A DNA stretch of 64,000 nucleotides from Octopus sinensis (lineage: Eukaryota). Positions 40,085-51,469 of the stretch are shown here, in pieces (position 1 is the first letter of the stretch; each line of letters starts with the position of its first letter). The notes beneath the pieces were generated by a model. The model searched no databases and had not been told where the DNA came from. It saw only the letters and a list, made by a program, of their open reading frames with translations. The stretch spans positions 34,720,001 through 34,784,000 of the forward strand of contig NC_043012.1 of the NCBI RefSeq assembly GCF_006345805.1, read 5' to 3'. Position numbers and translations under genes: made by a program.

Positions 40085-40288
40085 CGCTGGCCAGCCATAC
40101 GAGACGAAGAGGTTCCAAACTCGATCGCATGGAAAATACTCGAGAACCCAGGCCCCTACATCAACGGGACGAAACGGTGCAAGTTATGCATTACCAAACG
40201 CACGAGAATCCTTAAAGACTCGTTCGTGCCAGGGGCCATCCTGAGCTCCAGGACGGATATTTTCGGATCATGCTTGCATTTTTAGAAA
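40085..40288 (+). mobile_element. Penelope-like element, C-terminal end of the GIY-YIG region
   Basis: SIAWKILENPGPYINGTKRCKLCITKRTRILK...ILSSRTDIFGSCLHF* (cf. W.I.....PY.NG.KRC.LC..E...LLNKR.E....C.H). Confidence 0.72.
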
Positions 40289-40517
40289 ATTCCTGCTGGT
40301 TTTTGGAATCTGCATGGCAGCACCGCAGCCGGAAACCAATAATCAAGGCCAATGGGGAACAATCGTTTATCTACGTAGTGCTTTGGTGACTGCAAGATGG
40401 CAGCGCGGCCGAAGATCATTGGACAATGACAAAGGGAGATAACCAGCTAGGATTTTACCCTTAAAGTGAGGCTTTTCTCCCTCCCTATTTTAAAGAGGTC
40501 TCAAGCCAGCAATATTT

Positions 40518-40578
40518 GGGGTCTGAAGATATGCCGTAAGACAAAACTCCTTATGAGCGAGAAACACAGGGTAACCTC
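40518..40578 (+). ncRNA. Type I hammerhead-like motif downstream of the PLE ORF
   Basis: Stem I GGGGT/ACCTC, CTGAAGA (40523-29), imperfect stem II, GAAA (40561-64), C-G plus A-U stem III, GTA triplet (40571-73). Confidence 0.55.
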
Positions 40579-40665
40579 CATAAACCGGCCTATCCCATTA
40601 TAATATTAACTGCTCTACATCTTAGAGTGTGCTTCTTCCCCAGATTTTTGTATTTCTACAACAAA

Positions 40666-40727
<62 letters not shown>

Positions 40728-40829
40728 ATAGAAATAGCAAGACAACAAAAGAATGAAAGAGACCTCGATATTATGCAAATAGAGGAATTAATCTGTAAAT
40801 ATAATATATGAGAGTTATTCGGTAGCCAT

Positions 40830-40890
40830 GATAAAACTCCGAGTTTCGGATGTTGAGGCGGAAACTCATGCCGGCATCTCTTCAGTTATC
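40830..40890 (-). ncRNA. Type I hammerhead-like motif
   Basis: Minus: GATAA CTGAAGA GATG..CATC C GAAA CT cgg AG TT TTATC. Stem I GATAA/TTATC plus a distal helix; GUU triplet. Confidence 0.6.
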
Positions 40891-40908
40891 GGACCATCGA
40901 AAAAATTG

Positions 40909-40940
<32 letters not shown>

Positions 40941-40987
40941 CAACTTACAAACAAGAGCAAAAGAAAAATCATTTCTATCGAGGAAAG

Positions 40988-41086
40988 CTAGCCAACAGAT
41001 TTTTTTTTAAAGTTCGTTATTGAATCAATTTCGGGATTAATCCTATGGATTCTTCCCTCTTCAGTGGAAAACATTCTGTTGGCTAG
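40988..41086 (-). ncRNA. Type I hammerhead-like motif with extended stem I
   Basis: Minus: CTGAAGA GGGA..AATCC ata GGATT..TCCC GAAA TTG att CAA TA, enclosed by a 12-bp inverted repeat CTAGCCAACAGA/TCTGTTGGCTAG. Proximal stem I mismatched. Confidence 0.6.
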
Positions 41087-41373
41087 TTTTCATCGATTTC
41101 AGCACAACGTGTATTTATAGTGAATGTATAATGAAATGCGGAAATTGACGATTTAAAGTCTGTTCTCAGCATATTGCCATAGAAATAATTTTTCCTTTGC
41201 CCTTGTTTATAAGTTGTTTATAATATTAACCTTTAAAGGTATTTAAAATGCTGCCACTTTTGATGAAAATTTTTTCTGAAAACATTTTTATTCTATATTA
41301 GTAGTAGTAGTAGTAGTAGTAGTAGTATATATATATATATATATCTATCTATATATATATATATCTATATCTA

Positions 41374-41478
<105 letters not shown>

Positions 41479-41863
41479 ATATAGCGGCGTACGTACACTT
41501 TGGTCTCTTATATGTAAGTATACATTTTTCAAAATCTTGTACGACTCACCACGCCTCACCACGCATTGCAAAATAGGCGCCAACTGACACTATTACTACC
41601 ATAAATTCTCCCGAGAATAACACACCACATGTAATGCCATTTTGTTTAGGACAGGTATAATTACCAACACAGAAACATGTATGATACATTGGCGAAAGAG
41701 AAGTTGCTTTGGAATTCTGATACCACTCATACATGAGAGATGACCCGACCATCTATGCTGTATTTTGATGAGGATCGCTTCAATACCTAATATGTTGCAT
41801 TTTGTTTGTACCTCACTGTTATGAATATGATCACTGTTTTATTTTGGAGACAGTACGCAAGCA

Positions 41864-42254
41864 TCTCTCTATATATAAAGCTGAAGTTGTCTGTGTATAG
41901 CAGGTTTGGTAGCCTTCAACTAACACTATTTCCTCCGAGACCCTGCGGTGCAAGTTGACCAAAATTGAAAGTATGATAGAACAAGGCTTGCTCTTCCTTC
42001 CGTAGAAGAAAAATTCAAATCGGACCATGTTAAGACCAAAAATTATTTACATAAAAAAGGTGCTTTTTTTCTATGAAAATCCCTATTTTTTACGATTTTC
42101 TTACTGCTGTGTCGCCATTTTTCGGTGTATTTCAACCAGAAAAATGTTCACTCAAAGAGAATAACAAGCTACATAATGCAAAATTTTTACTTTTCAAAAA
42201 TTCCAATTCTAAAGGGTCGAAACAAACCTGAGCAACGCTGAGCGATACTGCTAG
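41864..42254 (+). mobile_element. Non-autonomous Helitron sharing H1 termini
   Basis: A|TCTCTCTATATATAAAGCTGAAG ... CCTGAGCAACGCTGAGCGATACTGCTAG|T. Confidence 0.78.
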
Positions 42255-42269
42255 TCGCATATAAAAAGC

Positions 42270-42513
42270 GTCGAGCTAGTTGATGTGCTTTCAGCACAGA
42301 GTCCAGGATTCAGCAGCATAAAGCAACGGTGTGAAAGTCACCGACTTATATACATCGAGTTTCGCCTACAACGATACGTCGTGGATGTTCCACAGCCTGT
42401 GATAAAGCTTACCGAAAGAGGAGTTGGCCTTCCCGATTCTGGAGTCAGTTTCTTTATCCATCTTAGCATCACTGGACATAATGGAACCAAAATAAGTGAA
42501 GGAGGAAATAGAT

Positions 42514-42515
<2 letters not shown>
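42270..42515 (-). mobile_element. RTE/BovB-like RT fragment
   Basis: [54 protein letters not shown]...LLYAAESWTL. Confidence 0.85.
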
Positions 42516-42547
<32 letters not shown>

Positions 42548-43537
42548 TGCATGTGTGTGTATGTGTGTGTGGAGGAGTATGTATGTACGTACGTATGTAT
42601 GTATGTACGTACGTACGTATGAATGTATGTATGTATGTATGTATGTATGTATGTATGTATGTATGTATGTATGTATGTATGTATGTATGTATGTATCTAT
42701 CTATCTATCTATATATATATATATATATATAGATATATATATATCTGTGTGTGCGAATGTTTTAATTTATACATGTATATGTAAACATAAAACTGAAAAC
42801 ATGTTATAATTTTCACGTGCGCGTTTGTGTGAGTAAATATGGGACTGGCTCAACATTATATACTTACAACTTTAAGTATGCAGAACAATTATTCTATGAT
42901 GCAGTTGAAAATAATATAATTGTATCTCTTTATGGTACTTTGCCACGTGATTAACAATCCTATACAAGAATGTAGTTCATGAAATTAGCAGAACACCTGG
43001 CACCTCGCACCTCTAAGTTATTGCTTCGCTCCATTATGGCGAAGTATGTTTAAGGCAATGCAATTAAAGCCATATTAGTTAATCCCGTCAACGATGAAAG
43101 AGATGCGGTGCCCTGTCTTTCTTCAAAAAACTTTCATGTGCCTTTATATTATTTAAATATTATTTAGTACATTAAATCTTCAAGTCCAATTCTTGCAGCT
43201 AATTTACTTTAAGAGTATTTTTGGTACAGATATTTGTCTTTTATTAGTAAGGAACTCTCGCTTGAAAAAAAAAAAAAAGAAACGGAAAGAGAAAAAATGG
43301 GAAAACAAAGCAAAGCACAGGTGTAAATAGTAAGCAAGCATTAAATTTGGTGAGAAGAGGAAGTTTATCACCAAAATGCTGCATTAGATTTTCGAAGTGA
43401 ACAGAATAAATATCGTCTCTCATCGTTTTTATTTTGTCCAGCGTTACGACCTGTCTTCGTAATCACAAATGTTCGTTCTCTGACAACGATTAAAACAGTC
43501 ACTGTTCTACAATTTTTTAAATAAATTTATTAAAGAA

Positions 43538-43893
43538 CTAGCACTATGACCCGGTACTATGACATGCTAGTGCATGCATATACAGCTGCGTGCGTGTGCA
43601 CATACACGCGAGTACTGTCCCTATCTCCGACCAATCACATACAGCTAGCTGGCATTCAATAGGCGTGTCAAGTTTCGGGCATTTTGATTGGGTTTTGGAT
43701 AGAAAATTCACAAAAAAGTCACTTCTTTTGATTTTTTAATGGCTTTACGGGGTGACTGGGGAAATGTAAAGATGTGCACGACCACCCTTGGACGGTCTTG
43801 AATGATCATAGAAAGTGCAAGCCCTCTAACTGAAAAATTGTGGATTTGTATAAAGAACACACACACACACATTTTGCCGTTTATATATAGAGA
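43538..43893 (-). mobile_element. Non-autonomous Helitron, family H2
   Basis: Homologous to 47410-47769; terminal palindrome partly collapsed. Confidence 0.8.
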
Positions 43894-44689
43894 TTCTTTG
43901 AAAGCGTGATATATGAAAATCGTTACCTAGACAAAACAAGATTTACTGAAAATCTAGCTCTCTAAAGGACAATTACACTTTCAGAATTAATGAAACGTTG
44001 GCATTATTAGCGTTAGAATTTCGATGTGATTGCTTAAGGAAGCTGGTGATAATAGCTGTAACTGTTGTGATGAATAACTCTTTCAATGAGTCAAACTTGA
44101 TATTCTTGATATCAACTTTGTCGAGTGTTTGCTAAGCACACACAAACATTAAGACACACCGATGCTGTCTAATATGAGAATCAGAAACTACTTGAATATT
44201 CAATGAACAGAGTGAATGGCTTCATTTAATTAACGTCTTTGCTACTAATAATGTCAAGAGAAACGTAGGATCACGAATAGAAGATTTACATCTATGAGAG
44301 AGGAGCTAAGATTTCAGGCTAACGTCTTTAAAACAAGGAAGGACTCAATAGATAGTGTAGTCCTAAATAGACTGAGTCTAAAAACAGCTGGAATGGTTAC
44401 GGTTGGATTGTCATTGATCGAAGTTATTAGCCGAAAATAAATGTTAATCAACTAAAATTGTAACCGTAATTAGAAAAGCAATTAACATTAATGGAAATTC
44501 CACTCAAACGTGACAAAGGAGGAAATTTCTATATTTCAATCGATATTAAATAAAATGGAGATAAGTGGCAGGAAATGAATGGATTCGAGTTTTTTGTAGT
44601 TTATGACGACACCTTCGTCTACGTTTTGGTTTTATTCGAACTCCCCATCGAAACATTGCCGTCATACAACGATCAGATTAAAGAATACC

Positions 44690-45180
44690 TACCTACCTAC
44701 CTACCTACCTACCGACCTACCTATTTCTTTATTACCCACAAGGGGCTAAACACAGATAGGACAAACAAGGACAGACAAACGGATTAAGTAAATTACATCG
44801 ACCCCAGTACGTAACTGGTACTTAATTTATCGACCCCGAAAGGATGAAAGGCAAAGTCGACCTCGGCGAAATTTGAATTCAGAACGTAACGGCAGACGAA
44901 ATACAGCTACGCATTTCGCCCGGCGTGCTAACGTTTCTGCCAGCTCGCCGCCCTACCTACCTACCTACCTACCTACCTTCCTACATGCCAACCTACCTAC
45001 CTACCTACCTACCTACCTACCTACCTACCTACCAACCTACCTACCTACCTACCTGCCAACCTACCTACCTACCTACCTAACTACCTACCTACCTACCTAC
45101 CTACCTACCTACCTACCTACCTACCTACCAACCTACCTACCTACCTACCTACATACCTACCTACATACATACATACATAC
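44690..45180. repeat. (CCTA)n array with an inserted SINE A (44723-44952, minus)
   Basis: Directly visible. Confidence 0.92.
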
Positions 45181-45386
45181 ATATTCTTTACCATGTCATC
45201 AGTAATCTCTTCCGCGTTCTAATTGTCAATACTTTTATATATAACACGTGACCATAGCATTTATGTAACCATAGAAATTACGAATGTTTTGAATTTCTCC
45301 GAATATATTGACTATCCAGAAGAATTAATGAACAGATATGTCTCCTATATGAATATCTTTGTATATAAAAAGAAAATCTTATATAC

Positions 45387-45480
45387 ATAGGGCTAATCTA
45401 GCTGTTTCTTCGATTGAAAAATTGGTGAACAACCGAGATCGATTTTCCGATCTTAGTGGATTCCCATCAGAGACATCGAT
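45387..45480 (-). mobile_element. Degenerate copy of the hammerhead-bearing repeat found at 46078-46303
   Basis: ATAGGGCTAATCTAGCTGTTTCT...GGTGAACAACC; minus CTGATGG GAATC cactaa GATCG GAAA. Confidence 0.65.
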
Positions 45481-45601
45481 CATCAATTTTGACGAATCCT
45501 AGAGAAACAAGCAGTCAGTCTGTTTATATGCTCAACAATTACAGTAGCTCTAGAAAACTGGGGCTACTAACTTGCATATCGCGTTAACACTTTATCTTAA
45601 A

Positions 45602-46000
45602 CTAGCAGTATCGCCCGGCGTTGCTCGGGTTTGTAAGGGAAATAACTATATAAGCATTTTTAGAGAGTTATAGCCAAAAAATAGCAAAAAAATGCATTAA
45701 AAATGGAAAAAATATGATGGTAATTTTTTTTTTAAATCGTTGACTCATCGTAGACATTTTTAGAGAGTTACTTCCCTTATATAATAGCGAAAAAATGCAT
45801 TAAAATGGAAAAAAAATGATGGTAAATTTTTTTTTTAATCGTAGACTCATCGTAGACGCGCGCTAATACCCAGAAGGGCTCGATATGAATCACGACTATA
45901 AGATACCCGGTTTTGGTTAAACTGCACCGCAAAATGTGGGAGTAGTTAGGAATCTAAATCGTAGGAGACAGACACACAACTTCACTTTTATGTATAAAGA
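45602..46000 (-). mobile_element. Non-autonomous Helitron, family H1
   Basis: Same termini as 951-1463; internal duplicated block. Confidence 0.8.
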
Positions 46001-46133
46001 TATCAGGGGCCTGTCAACGGGAATCTGAGTCCACACAGTATCATGATATGATTTATGTAACCTACATATGTACCTAAATAAACAGGGCCAATTTAGCTGT
46101 TTTACAGTAAATTGAAAAAAAAAAAAAATGACG

Positions 46134-46185
46134 AAGAACCTTAAAACATTTTCGAATCTTATAGGATTCTCATCAGAGGCGTCTT
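46134..46185 (-). ncRNA. Type I hammerhead ribozyme, intact core
   Basis: Minus 5'-AAGACGCCT CTGATGA GAATC ctataa GATTC GAAA A tgtt T TA|AGGTTCTT-3'. All conserved core nucleotides present; G10.1-C11.1; 5-bp stem II; 8-bp stem I with one bulge; 2-bp stem III; UUA triplet. Confidence 0.8.
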
Positions 46186-46871
46186 GTATACAAGAAATTG
46201 ATGTAGACTCCACCGATCAGAATCCACTAAGACTCGATACTCGAATAAGGTTGTTCACCATTTTTTCAGTCTACAAAGAAACAGCTAAATTAGCCCTATT
46301 TATAAAGGTTCTATATAGGTCACACATACACACACACACGCACATATTCTCACACGCACACATACACACACACGCACGCATACACACACACATACACACA
46401 CACGCACACACACACACGCGCACACACACACACACACACACGCACACACACACACGCACACACATACGCACACACATACATACACACACACACACGCACA
46501 CACACACACGCACGCACACACACACACACACACACATGCACGCACGCATACATACATTTATAAACATAAATTCCGCTTGAGAGGAATTTCAGAGGTACAG
46601 AATTTCGATTATCTGTAGCGGCATGCTGGCCCCTTTTTTTATTCGATCCTCTGCTTTGTTTTCACAGCCATTTTTCTGTGTTCGACAGCTACTGTAGTTT
46701 ATTTGCTCAAACTGCATGTTGAATTCAAGCCAATATGCACGCAACTGAGATATCAAAATAAAGTTGTACAACGACGTATTAAGATTCGTTAAAGTTTTAC
46801 AAGCAGTTGGTCCTTAGCAGAATGCAATACAGGCCTTCAATTTCTTTCTATTGTTAAGGTAGTTTGTGGGA

Positions 46872-46945
46872 TGACGTCAGCAGCTGGGCAGCTGACCGGA
46901 ACTTGGGGCGGACCGGAAGGGGCAGGAGTGACGCGTGCGCAGGCA
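46872..46945. promoter_or_regulatory. CpG-rich cluster of promoter-type motifs
   Basis: TGACGTCA (CRE, 46872-79), CCGGAA twice (ETS, 46896 and 46913), GGGGCGG (GC box, 46905-11), GTGACGC, TGCGCAGGCA (NRF1-like). Confidence 0.4.
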
Positions 46946-47409
46946 GGGCAGGATTCGGCCTTTTTCGATCGAGGTCGCCGAGGGAGTAAGACGCGTCAGC
47001 ACGTTGTTAAGGTAGGGGAGAAGCAGCAGCTATTTCTAGTGTTCGGGTCGGGCTGCGTTGAAGGATCCATTACCGCTGAAAGGTCTCCGTCGAATCTCTC
47101 GCATACACAACATAGTTACTTCTTGGTGCAAAGATGAAAATAATAGTAGAAGAGACGACTAATGTACAACAAAGAATATTACCTTCAAAGATGTCCTAAT
47201 TCTAAGACTAAATTTTGAGTATCACCACGCTGAACTTTACACGACTTCGAGAATAAAACAACAAATGCAATTTCCAAACCAATTATGAACTTCACGACTT
47301 CTTATACACTTCCAGCAACCTAATAGTTTTCAAGATGAATGTGGAATTTTTCAGATACATGTAGTTCTGTATGTATGTATATTCGAAAGATATAATGCAA
47401 TATATAAAA

Positions 47410-47769
47410 CTAGCACTATGACCCGGCAACGCCGGGTCATAGTGCTAGTGCATGTATATACAACTGCGTGCGTACACACATACACGCGAGTACTGTCCAA
47501 ATCTCCGACCAGTCACATACAGAAAGCTGGCATTCAATTGGCGTATCAAGTTTCGGGCATTTTGATTGGGTTTTGGATAGAAAATTCAGAAAAAAGTCAC
47601 TTCTATTGATTTTTTTTAATGGCTTTGCGGAGTGACTGGGGAAATGAAAAGATGTGGACGCTTTTAAATGACCATAGAAAGTGCGAGCCCTCAAACTGAA
47701 AAATTGTGGATTTGTATAAAGGATACACACATACACAGGCAGACATTTTGCCGTTTATATATATAGAGA
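47410..47769 (-). mobile_element. Non-autonomous Helitron, family H2, with a perfect terminal palindrome
   Basis: ACTAGCACTATGACCCGG caacg CCGGGTCATAGTGCTAGT (47409-47449); minus 5' TCTCTATATATA. Confidence 0.82.
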
Positions 47770-48759
47770 TTATATGCAAAAAAATGTTTATATATATATT
47801 TTAATGAACAAAATTTTGTAAATAAATATGTACAAAATATACATTTACTATCTGATATGTATAACTCGTAAATACTGTTATATATGTTCAGAAAGGTTTA
47901 AAATTTTTTCATCGACTCCGTTGGGAATTCCACCAAAGCCTTGAAACTAATCGTTGGTACTATTATTATGATATGCAATCCTGAGTGTGTCTATGTAAGC
48001 GTGCGAATAGTGTCGTGTGTGATGTGTGTTTATATGGGTGGTCTGTGTCTATATATGTGTCTGAGCTGTCTGAGTGTATATGTATGAGTATATCTGTGTG
48101 AGTACGTGTAGGTATATCTATATACGTCTGTGTGTGTGGACATGGATGTGCTTAAGCGTGTGTGTATATCTGTACGTGAGTGCTTGCGTGTATTAATATG
48201 CGCACACGTCTGTGCGTGGGTATCTGTGTCTCTAAGTGCGTGTTTTTACCCGCTGAGTGTATGTAAGCATACATACATCTTTAAGTAGCAGTGCATATGT
48301 ATTTGTGCAACTGCCTATATGACTGTGACTTAAGAAACACATGTAAGTGTGTGCATGTAATCTACACATAAATGAACGCATGTATGTATGTACTTTATGT
48401 CAACTGCGCATATTTCGCGGGAAGGAAAGTTTCTATCGAAGATGCGTATCGCCTTCACCTTCAAAAAGGCAGAGTAGATGAAACAAAGGCGACTGAAGAA
48501 GGGGAATTTTCCTTGTGTTATTTGTCCTGTACTCTATCTTTTCGTTGTTTAAGAAAAATGTCCAGTTCCTTGGTTTTGTGTTTATGTTTTCATTTCTCAT
48601 TGTGTTCGACGTTTTTTGGGTGTCCTGTACCCATATATGCATGTATATGTACATGTAGAGGTAGGTACCTACATATATGTATATATGCATGTTTTATTTA
48701 TTAATTTATATATATATATATATATATATGCATATATACATACATACATATATACATAT

Positions 48760-49266
<507 letters not shown>

Positions 49267-49269
49267 ATT

Positions 49270-49458
49270 AATCCAAACATGAAAGCACAAAAAAACACAA
49301 CAACGCGAGGACGTGGAACAAATATAGCATTATTGGACGCTCAGGAAAGAAGGAGGGTTTAACGTTTCGAGCGGAGCTCTTCGTCGGAAACATAGGAGAA
49401 GGAAAGATCCAGAGAAGGGAAGACAGAGGAAAAAAAATCGCCAACGGTACACACGCGG

Positions 49459-49460
<2 letters not shown>
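49270..49460 (-). mobile_element. Short microsatellite-embedded element with a minimal hammerhead-like motif (49357-49391)
   Basis: Minus GTTT CCGACGA A GAGC tcc GCTC GAAA CG TT AAAC. Confidence 0.6.
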
Positions 49461-49549
<89 letters not shown>

Positions 49550-49944
49550 TACATGTATATATGTGTGTACTACGCTAGCATTAATGCATTTGTGAGTCTT
49601 CCTATATAGACCGTTTTGCATGTATTTTTTATTTAAATGTATTTCAATACTTCTCATTTACGCTGTGTCGTGCATAAAAATATATATCATATACTTAATA
49701 ACAAACCGTCTAAAGCATCAATAAGCAAATTAAGCTATCCGTCATGAGAATCGCTGAATTGCTAACTGCTTTATATAGAAGCTGACCACACTATGCTTTC
49801 GGTTAGGGAGGCATCTGTGAGGAGCAATCAACAATTCGTGAAACAGTCCGTCCAGGGATTCCTCTTCCGTTTTCCACACATCGAAGGAACACAAAGACGT
49901 GTTTGCGTTCTTATAAGGTTTATTATCGTATCAAAAGCTTCCTA

Positions 49945-50160
49945 ATATTGGTTTCAAATTTTGGCACAAGTCTAGTAAGTTCACGGGAGCGAGTAAGTCC
50001 GTTACATCGACACCAGTGCTCAGCTGGTACTTATTTTATCGACCCTGGAAGAAAGAAAGGCAAAGTCAACTTCGGCGGAAATTGAACTCAGAACATAAAG
50101 ACGGATAAATGCCACTAAGCATTTTACCCAGCGTGCTTAACGATTTTGCAACTTCGCTGC
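49945..50160 (-). mobile_element. Degraded SINE family A
   Basis: GGCAAAGTCAACTTCGGCGGAAATTGAACTCAGAAC core. Confidence 0.7.
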
Positions 50161-50374
50161 CATTAAAGCATTCTAATAGCAAAAATTCGTTTCCATATAT
50201 TTACGTATATAGTACAATGAGCGACCTTAAAAAAATTCTTGTCTGTCCGTATTACTTATGTACCTATCTATCTACTTGTCTATCTATTTACTTACACATC
50301 CATTTCCCTTCATATATATGCGTGTACGTCTACATAGCAGCCTAGTAACAAATCTACCTGCGTATGTATAAACT

Positions 50375-51185
50375 GTGGGTATTGGGATATCACTACCTTC
50401 TACGTTTATCTCCTATTTAGAACTGGGAATGTTTCATTTAAGAGAATGTACTCCTGCATTTGTCTGAGTGTTGGGCCCTTCGGGTGCTTGAATAAAATGT
50501 GGATGTCTAGTCGACCCAGTGTGCCTCCATGTTGGTAGAGTATGGAGGACTGTTTTTTGTCGTCATATTGTCTGAAATTTTCATTTAGTCTCTTCGCAAT
50601 GCTCCTAGATGTCTCACCAATATATGTCATGTTCTTGTCTTTACAAGATGTCTCACCAATATATGTCATGTTCTTGTCTTTACAAGCAGCCTCTATGCAC
50701 CTTATACTGTAGACTACATTTCTAGTTCTACAGTTAATGCCAGGATTTATCTTACATAGCATGCAGTTCTCACTGGTGCATGTGGTATCCCCAAAGGGGT
50801 ACGTCCTACATAAGTGTGATCTGATGGAGCTCCTTGGCTTTTCAGCAATTTTAATGTTGAGTTTAGCCTCCTTCAGAGCTTTTCTAAATCTTCGAGCTAG
50901 TTCTTCATGGGTTGTGGCTTCTACAAACATCACTCCTTGATATTTGTCGGCCTTGTACCACGAGTTCACTCTGTTTGCTTTGTCACAGACTCTCTTCGTC
51001 CTATTCCAGTCTTTACTTCTGTGTTTAGGGCAGATGCCACTGGTTTCATTACATATAATGCTATCTAACTTCTTTCTAGCTCCTCTGTATACCCGAACCC
51101 TAGCTTTCTGATCATAGCCAGAGAATCGCATGCAGTGCATGAAATTCTGTTTATGTTTCTTTGTTTCATCGGCTCTAAACCACTT
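50375..51185 (-). mobile_element. Penelope-like element 3' part (GIY-YIG endonuclease)
   Basis: 244-aa ORF 50406-51140 with C..C...P..NCRTRNVVYSIRC...YIGETSRSIAKRLNE; the catalytic His is replaced by N; in-frame 39-bp duplication. Confidence 0.88.
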
Positions 51186-51469
51186 TCAGTGATAATGGTT
51201 GCGGACTACATAGAATTTTGCTTTTAAGGATAGAAAGTTAGCTGCAGCATTTACGTTCATCTGATACTTTGAATTCCAATGGAACTTCTAAAATAGCACC
51301 ATGATTATTTTCACAAATTTACATTATTCTTGCAAATAAATTCGATGGTGTTATTCCGGTTGTCTTTACTCCTTTGCCAAACAAGAAGCGATTAAATTAT
51401 GCAAAGATGTTTGAAATGCTCAAAGATGCCGAGCCAACACTAAACCCCAAATCTATAATTTGCCACTTT

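Noticed and set aside
39738-40244. 168-aa ORF
   Set aside because: Runs through a CA/TA microsatellite and the wrong frame of the PLE relic.
41546-41752. 68-aa minus ORF ending at a GTGAGT donor with a hydrophobic stretch
   Set aside because: No good acceptor and no recognisable homology.
48490-48520. CTGAAGAAGGGG hammerhead-like start
   Set aside because: No GAAA follows a stem II; core incomplete.
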